In this document: piece by piece, positions 15,471 to 20,925 of the stretch | Position numbering within the stretch: position 1 is the stretch's first letter | Layout: the number at the start of each line of letters is the position of its first letter | Assembly (NCBI GenBank): GCA_945788675.1 | Contig: CALZMY010000104.1 | Coordinates: 1-20,925 of the forward strand | From: an uncultured Gammaproteobacteria bacterium | GTDB taxonomy: Bacteria > Pseudomonadota > Gammaproteobacteria > SZUA-140 | Length of the DNA stretch: 20,925 nt | Direction of reading: 5' to 3' | Notes under the pieces: generated by a model | Databases searched by the model: none | The model's input: only the letters and a program-made list of their open reading frames with translations | Told to the model about the DNA's origin: nothing | Program-made: the position numbers and the translations under genes

Positions 15471-17174
15471 CTACTTAGCCTTGCCCTTTTGTCCCTGTTC
15501 TTTCTCATTCATCATCTGCACCAGATTAGATGCCCCCAGAATTGCAGCCGCTCCTTCAAAGCCACCTGTTTGTCCCATTACCTGTACCATTGGTACCTTA
15601 ATGATATCTGGCTGATCTTTGGCAATCGCCAGCGATTCTTTTAACATCTGCAACTGCAAAGTCCGGTCTTCTCCTAAAACCTCTACCTGCGCCTTCTGGC
15701 CTTTAGCAATCTCAATCAACTTGAGTTTTTCACCCTCACCTTCCAGTTTCAAACGTGTCTTTTGATGCTCCGCGGCCTGCTTCTCGATTTCCGCCTTAAC
15801 GAGGATCTTCTGTTGGTCCGCCGTGGCTCGATCTCGCTCAACTTTGATACGCTCTCCCTGAGCGGCCTGTTCTTCTCGATAAGTTTGTTGCAGCTGTGTC
15901 GCCAGTTGTTTTCTCAACGTCGCTACCAATAATTCAGGCGGAATAGCAGGCTCTCCAAGACGAACCTCTTGAATGGTCACGCCCGCTTTTTTTGCCTCAC
16001 CGACAATGACCTCCTCCAGGAGCGAGGCAAGTTCATCGCGCTTTTCTACAAAGTCCAATACCTTACGATCACGCGAACCACCAATGGTGCGTAAGATATC
16101 GCGTATCGCCGGGGTTACAATAAGGTTTTCAACGTCATCAATACTCCCCACCGAGGCGACAACTTTAGGCGCATCTTTGGGATAGACCTGCGTAATCACC
16201 CTCAACTCAACTGGAAAGGTCCACCCCTCTACCCGAACGTTGATCGCCTGGTCTGCCGCATCCTTAGGCACTGGAATCTGCTTTTTTGTTTCAAGCTGAG
16301 TAATCGAACCGTTATCTTCAACCTTCAAATTAATGATGCGTTGAGTATAGCCGCCTTTGTATGCCCATGTTTGCACTCTGGTTGGAATGATAGTGGGAAC
16401 ATACGCCTTTGGATTAAGGTAGTAGCGTCCCGGCGTCAACGGTATATCCCACACCCCGATACAACCCTTTGGCACAATCGGGGTTGCGACATTGGCATCC
16501 GCCTTACCCTTGGAGGCGGCTATCGGGTCTGGACAGTTCTCGCTCTCCTGCACATTTGAACGAATCACGGCCACCTGCCCCGTAGGAACATCCAGTGCAT
16601 CCATCGCTTTCACCTGAAACAGATAGTGATTTAAGCGATATTTTCCTGGGCGTAGCACTGTCAACTGTGGCCCTTTCTGTCCGTTTCCTTCTGTCAAATA
16701 ATGCCTGGCATCAAGCATCTGTTCAAATTGATCATCCTGCCAGGCTTCAGCAATAAACTGCCCTTCACGCAGTGGCTTGCCATCTTTAGTGGTGACGAAC
16801 CCCAGCGAACCATCTGGAATTTCGATGATGGGTAGCTCTTCAACATCATAGATCACTCGTACAAAAGGGATAAAATGAAAACCTGGACCAAGGATATCCG
16901 CCTGAGGGCCTTTCTCTCCGTTTACTGAAATAATATGCCCCGGTGGCAGATCGGCTGCCAGATAGATCCGTTTAAGATGACCAGTGCCATCTGAATCAAT
17001 GATCACAAATGAGCGTGTGATAAATCCAACAAACCCCGCAACGATGATGATCTTGGCTGCCAGACCAGGCTTAATTTTAAATTTCTGCTCAACAAACTCA
17101 CCCACCGGCCCTACCCGGGTCAACATCAGGATACCCAGGAATATAGCGAGAATTGAAAGACCTACTGTTATCAT
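15471..17174 (-). CDS. SPFH/band-7 (flotillin-like) domain membrane protein, 567 aa.
   Basis: N-terminal TM helices, then SPFH-start-like GPGFHFIPFVRVIYDVEELPIIEIP. SPFH C-terminal region: NLIVTPAIRDILRTIGGSRDRKVLDFVEKRDELASLLEEVIVGEAKKAGVTIQEVRLGEPAIPPEL. Coiled-coil EQAAQGERIKVERDRATADQQKILVKAEIEKQAAE. AAGGA SD. Confidence 0.75.
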   Translation of the reverse strand: MITVGLSILAIFLGILMLTRVGPVGEFVEQKFKIKPGLAAKIIIVAGFVGFITRSFVIIDSDGTGHLKRIYLAADLPPGHIISVNGEKGPQADILGPGFHFIPFVRVIYDVEELPIIEIPDGSLGFVTTKDGKPLREGQFIAEAWQDDQFEQMLDARHYLTEGNGQKGPQLTVLRPGKYRLNHYLFQVKAMDALDVPTGQVAVIRSNVQESENCPDPIAASKGKADANVATPIVPKGCIGVWDIPLTPGRYYLNPKAYVPTIIPTRVQTWAYKGGYTQRIINLKVEDNGSITQLETKKQIPVPKDAADQAINVRVEGWTFPVELRVITQVYPKDAPKVVASVGSIDDVENLIVTPAIRDILRTIGGSRDRKVLDFVEKRDELASLLEEVIVGEAKKAGVTIQEVRLGEPAIPPELLVATLRKQLATQLQQTYREEQAAQGERIKVERDRATADQQKILVKAEIEKQAAEHQKTRLKLEGEGEKLKLIEIAKGQKAQVEVLGEDRTLQLQMLKESLAIAKDQPDIIKVPMVQVMGQTGGFEGAAAILGASNLVQMMNEKEQGQKGKAK

Positions 17175-17250
17175 TTATTTTCCTTATTTATGTTATTAGG
17201 CGGATCTGCATTACAGCAGTAAATTATCCCGTCGATTTCCGAAACAACTC

Positions 17251-17527
17251 TTATTCATTAAAATAAACCCGATTCCCCAGCCCACTGTTCGCCACCACGA
17301 TATCCAGATCCCCATCGCTATCCACATCACTCAAAGCAATAGAGATACTGTTGTTCATGCCCATCGCCAGGCCGCTATCGGTGAAGTTATCCGCACCCCT
17401 GACCATCATTAGCGACCACCATATCAAGATCTCCATCACTATCGATGTCTCCAGGGCGAATTTCGGAACTGTTATTCTTACCAAGCGACTGAAGCGAATC
17501 TGTGAAGCCACCCAGGCTATTATTCAT
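17251..17527 (-). pseudogene. FG-GAP repeat protein remnant: two tandem FG-GAP repeats separated by a frameshift. No signal peptide.
   Basis: Frame 1 from ATG 17525-17527: MNNSLGGFTDSLQSLGKNNSSEIRPGDIDSDGDLDMVVANDGQGCG-stop. Frame 2 (ORF 17251..17511): ...ADNFTDSGLAMGMNNSISIALSDVDSDGDLDIVVANSGLGNRVYFNE. The two units are about 70% identical at the DNA level. Confidence 0.45.
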
Positions 17528-17707
17528 AAAAACCTGATTATCTGCCCGGAGCATTCAGGCTCAGAGTAAAAACTCTCACTTCCTGATGTCCACTATGCGG
17601 CAAACAACACCGTGGAAGCCACAGAGACCGCTTCGGATCGAATTCCGCCACTATATATCACCCCACTATTTCTCTTCGCATTAAGCCCGTAAGGCGCAAT
17701 AACCAAC

Positions 17708-19341
17708 GAGACTGTGAAAGTATTTGTCTTTACGTATTCAGGCATGATGCCAGACTGGCGTAACTTCAATAATACTTAGAAAACAACCCAGGTAAGCCAA
17801 AAAATGACTTAGCAGCGACTAGTTTGATTGCAATAAGCTATAAACTGCTTAATACCGAGTAGATTTATCACTCGGGTAAAGTTATAAGTCATTGCCATCA
17901 GGCTCCACTCACCTCTTACCTTGGCCAAACCACGCAATAGAAAATGATCCCAACCCGCTCTTCGCTTTAGCGTGCCGAATGGATGCTCCACTGCACTGGA
18001 CCTTTCCCGCATGATTCTGGGGTAGCTAGCCATACGCTCACGATGTACATCCAATATATCTTCGTATTCTCCCCGCGATATTCGTCTATTTTTACTTTTA
18101 GGCGGGAGACACTGCTCACGAATAGCACAGCGACGACAGTTGGATTTAAGGCTAGCGTAGCATTGCTGCCACTGATTGTTTTGGTAATGGGGTTTGCTTG
18201 TCGGTTTTAATATGCATTTGGCTGGGCAATGAAAAACATCTTGCTCTGCATCATATTGAAAATCTGCACGTTTAAAGCGCGTATTTTTTGCCGACTTTCT
18301 TTTTGGCTCTGGTACATAGGGTGTGATTTTATCATCAAGACAAGCTTTAATTTGTGCCCCTTTGTAGTAACCCGCGTCTGCCAACACCTCAATATGCGCT
18401 ACCTGTAGTGCTTCACGTGCCTGTTGAGCCATTGGATATAGCTGTTCAAGATCCGTTGGGTCGGTGGTTACTTCTGTGGCTATTAGCAAGTGGTGCTTAC
18501 TGTCAGAAACAATTTGGACATTATAACCTTGTGTTTTTTGTCCTCGCTTACTCAGCAGTCGGGCATCATTATCCACGGTCGATCGCTGAGTCCTTCCCTC
18601 AGATTCCAGCCCTTGTAACTGAGTGAGTTTCTCCTGCTTTTTTTCACGTAGGGCTTTCAATTTCTCAGCTAAATCAGGATCATCTTTTAGCGCACCATCG
18701 ATAGGTTCTTCTTTATCTGACTGATCCAGCTGAGCCAGCCATGCTTCAATGCTGGCGTCCAACTGATTGATTTCACGATTAAGCCCTTTGACAGTGATAA
18801 AGCTCCTGGCACTCACATTACCTTTAAAAAAGCTACCATCAACCGCCACCCGCTCACCGCCAAACAATGCCAGTTCCCTGCACATCAGGATAAAGTGCCG
18901 GTGCGTACGCCGTAGCGCGTGACTATTATCTTTTCTGAAATCCGCAATCGTTTTATAGCTAGGGACTAATTTTTGTAACAACCACATCACTTCAATATTC
19001 CTATGGCACTCTTTTTCCAAAAGACGACTACTACGAACCCTATTTAGATAACCGTAAAGATAAAGCTTTAATAAGATTTGTGGTGAGTAGGCAGGCTGTC
19101 CTGCGGCATTGATATTGATTTGAGTTTTACTAAACCCCAGCGCTGATAAATCCAGTGATTCCACATAGGCATCGATGGCACGTACGGGGTTGGTTTCTGA
19201 GAGATATTCTTCCAAACGTTCTGGGAATAATATCGCTTGCTCTCGGCTTTCACCGCATTTATAGCGTCGATGATTCATGTTTTATCGCATGGCTGTGAAT
19301 ATGCCTGTAGTATAAATCTAAATGAATACTTTCACAGTCTC
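17708..19341 (-). mobile_element. Complete insertion sequence, 1634 bp, IS1182-like (IS5/IS1182 superfamily) by transposase features. It has 17-bp perfect terminal inverted repeats.
   Basis: IRL GAGACTGTGAAAGTATT at 17708-17724 and IRR AATACTTTCACAGTCTC at 19325-19341 are exact reverse complements. A single transposase ORF lies inside. No obvious target-site duplication. Confidence 0.7.
17809..19278 (-). CDS. IS transposase, 489 aa: N-terminal DUF772-like transposase domain, a Cys-rich (zinc-ribbon-like) region, and a DDE domain.
   Basis: Sequence and cysteine pattern (HCPAKC...CRRCAIREQC) resemble what I recall for IS1182-family transposases. ATG at 19276-19278. Confidence 0.8.
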   Translation of the reverse strand: MNHRRYKCGESREQAILFPERLEEYLSETNPVRAIDAYVESLDLSALGFSKTQININAAGQPAYSPQILLKLYLYGYLNRVRSSRLLEKECHRNIEVMWLLQKLVPSYKTIADFRKDNSHALRRTHRHFILMCRELALFGGERVAVDGSFFKGNVSARSFITVKGLNREINQLDASIEAWLAQLDQSDKEEPIDGALKDDPDLAEKLKALREKKQEKLTQLQGLESEGRTQRSTVDNDARLLSKRGQKTQGYNVQIVSDSKHHLLIATEVTTDPTDLEQLYPMAQQAREALQVAHIEVLADAGYYKGAQIKACLDDKITPYVPEPKRKSAKNTRFKRADFQYDAEQDVFHCPAKCILKPTSKPHYQNNQWQQCYASLKSNCRRCAIREQCLPPKSKNRRISRGEYEDILDVHRERMASYPRIMRERSSAVEHPFGTLKRRAGWDHFLLRGLAKVRGEWSLMAMTYNFTRVINLLGIKQFIAYCNQTSRC

Positions 19342-19482
19342 TATCGCTTATTGACGCCCTACTTTGTGCGCCTTATTTGTTGATCCCTTAATCTCGCACA
19401 TATACTGCTCGTCAAGTGGCGGTGAAAAATACCGCTCCTGCAAGACATGCCCTTTCCTGGTCACGCGCTCGGAGTTGGCTGC

Positions 19483-20925
19483 TTAACGAAGGCATTGTTT
19501 GCGGTTTGTTCGGTGACAGATGCGGGCAGCGCCGAGCGTAAATAGTAACCACAGCAGACTTAATCCTGATCCACCGCCGCCACTATTTTCACTACTGTTG
19601 CTAGTCTCGGCGCTTGTTGCCGGACTGCTATTGACGCCTGTTGCTGTGATAGGCGCAGAGGTGACACCGCCGGGGTCTTTAATGATGCTGTTAACCTGCT
19701 GGTCAGCATCATTAGGGCCGCCATCTTCAATCGTTAATCGGATGCAGTCATACCCTGTGGTAAGACCAGCAATATATGCAGTGTCTTCAGGGGTGGGGCA
19801 GATGTCGTTGACCTTGCTGGCAGATGCGAGACGGTTGTTGGCATTTTCTGTAAAGGTGACCCAGCCTGTATGGGCCATGTATTTTCGGTAGATCGCGTTT
19901 TCCGGAATCGAATTCGCTAGCGGAATAACGATGCTGGCACTCTGCCCCGGTGTCATTAGCCCTGCGATCTCAAAATCAAAGATTTCATTAGGCAGGTTTT
20001 CATCATCGACCGGATAAAGTGCCGGGCCACCATTGGGCCCACCGTGCGCTTCGATATCCGCTAGCGTGACCCTGTCCCCACTTTTACCGCTGGCGATGAT
20101 GATGCCGCCGCTGCGTAGATTGAGTCCTTCTGCCACATGTGGCGTGTTAGTTGTAACAGGCGTTTCAGGCAGCGTATTCGCGTGAGGCGTGGTGCTGGTG
20201 GTAATAGACTCGAACGGCGCAAGGGGTGGGCTGTTTACCTCGATAGTGTATACGATTAGATTATCAATAGAGGGTGGTGTGTCGAACAGAGGAGGGCCCC
20301 ATTCAAAAGGGGCAGCTTCTACATCGGAAGAATTTGTACTGAAAGTGGAAGTGCTTGAGCCCACGCTGTCAAAGACAAGTGAGATGCCATTATCGAAGGT
20401 GTGTGCGAACTGGATGGCTTCTTCAGTGTCAGTTACGGCTGGCGCAGTAATATCGCTCACATTAATCACAGTGTCGATGGTGTATGTCACGCTATCGGTT
20501 GCAAGCAGATCGGTCACCTGAGCCTTGATGATATAGACTCCTGCAGGAATGTTGGCAGGGTCAAAGGACATTGTTTTTCCATTTGTACTCATGGTAGCGA
20601 GGATGCTGTTATCAGTTTCGCTCCAGTCAATCAGATAGCGGTGTTCTGGGTTATTGGCACGAATGATAAGGGTGACGAGGGTGTTGAGTGCGCTTGAATC
20701 ATTTGATTCAGTATCGTTATCAATGAAGCGTGTGCTTTCACCGCCCTGAGTCACGACGATATCCAGCTGTGGTGGCACTTGTGTTTCGGATATTAATACG
20801 CGTTTTGTGATTCGATGCCCCAGCGTTGTGTTTTCGGTGGCAGGTTGCTGCAACGTGAAAACAATATCCTCCAGGAGTTCATTATTGATCTCATCACTCG
20901 CAACATTAAAGATGATCGTTCCGAT
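19483..20925 (-). CDS. 3' part of a large secreted/surface protein (N-terminus beyond the window): Ig/cadherin-like domains, a DGGPNDAD...DPGG module, and a GlyGly-CTERM sorting signal.
   Basis: The reading frame is open to the window edge; the M at 20853 in the ORF track is a TTG. C-terminus: SGGGGSG-LSLLWLLFTLGAA-RICHRTNRKQCLR (Gly run, TM helix, basic tail), which is the rhombosortase-type GlyGly-CTERM architecture. Upstream: Ser/Thr-rich linkers and beta-rich repeats such as VYIIKAQVTDLLATDSVTYTIDTVINV. Confidence 0.75.
   Translation of the reverse strand: MGTIIFNVASDEINNELLEDIVFTLQQPATENTTLGHRITKRVLISETQVPPQLDIVVTQGGESTRFIDNDTESNDSSALNTLVTLIIRANNPEHRYLIDWSETDNSILATMSTNGKTMSFDPANIPAGVYIIKAQVTDLLATDSVTYTIDTVINVSDITAPAVTDTEEAIQFAHTFDNGISLVFDSVGSSTSTFSTNSSDVEAAPFEWGPPLFDTPPSIDNLIVYTIEVNSPPLAPFESITTSTTPHANTLPETPVTTNTPHVAEGLNLRSGGIIIASGKSGDRVTLADIEAHGGPNGGPALYPVDDENLPNEIFDFEIAGLMTPGQSASIVIPLANSIPENAIYRKYMAHTGWVTFTENANNRLASASKVNDICPTPEDTAYIAGLTTGYDCIRLTIEDGGPNDADQQVNSIIKDPGGVTSAPITATGVNSSPATSAETSNSSENSGGGGSGLSLLWLLFTLGAARICHRTNRKQCLR

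Noticed and set aside
19405-19428. Hairpin GGCGGTgaaaaatACCGCt, 55 bp downstream of the GlyGly-CTERM gene stop, as a terminator
   Set aside because: Only a 5-6-bp stem, with the U-run in the loop rather than trailing; too weak to call.
1-20925. CRISPR arrays, rRNA or tRNA genes
   Set aside because: No regularly spaced direct repeats with unique spacers, and no tRNA/rRNA signature motifs were found in any intergenic region.

Overview
This window reads as a gammaproteobacterial chromosomal segment, probably from a marine or environmental lineage, judging by the GlyGly-CTERM sorting signal, nnrS, and the slp and yeiP homologues. All family assignments below are made by eye against remembered reference sequences; no database search was run. 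From the left: a lipoprotein built of six near-identical Kelch-type repeats (minus strand); a DUF4382-type lipoprotein; a YajD-like HNH protein; an NnrS-like membrane protein; ferredoxin-NADP reductase (fpr); a GST-family protein; a 690-aa sensor histidine kinase (periplasmic solute-binding domain, TM, PAS, HisKA, HATPase) with no response regulator nearby; three outer-membrane lipoprotein genes (a Rickettsia 17-kDa-antigen/glycine-zipper family protein and two tandem Slp paralogues); the EF-P paralogue YeiP/EfpL; a small membrane protein carrying a G10 homopolymer; a lipid A secondary acyltransferase (LpxL family); a 489-aa orphan protein with no recognisable catalytic domain; the rhodanese GlpE; a 567-aa SPFH/band-7 protein; a frameshifted FG-GAP repeat remnant; a complete IS (IS1182-like, 1634 bp, 17-bp perfect terminal inverted repeats); and the 3' part of a large Ig-like surface protein ending in a GlyGly-CTERM (rhombosortase-type) sorting signal. 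The most unusual items are the 489-aa orphan protein, a ~50-bp repeat family present four times (once as an inverted pair forming a 185-bp palindrome between the slp paralogues), and the G10 tract. The 489-aa protein is flanked by AT-rich DNA, and its N-terminal region resembles the leader motifs I recall from DUF4157/eCIS-associated toxin families, but it has no HExxH. No tRNA, rRNA or CRISPR arrays were seen. The ORF track evidently reports GTG/TTG starts as M; several starts were re-placed on homology and SD grounds.
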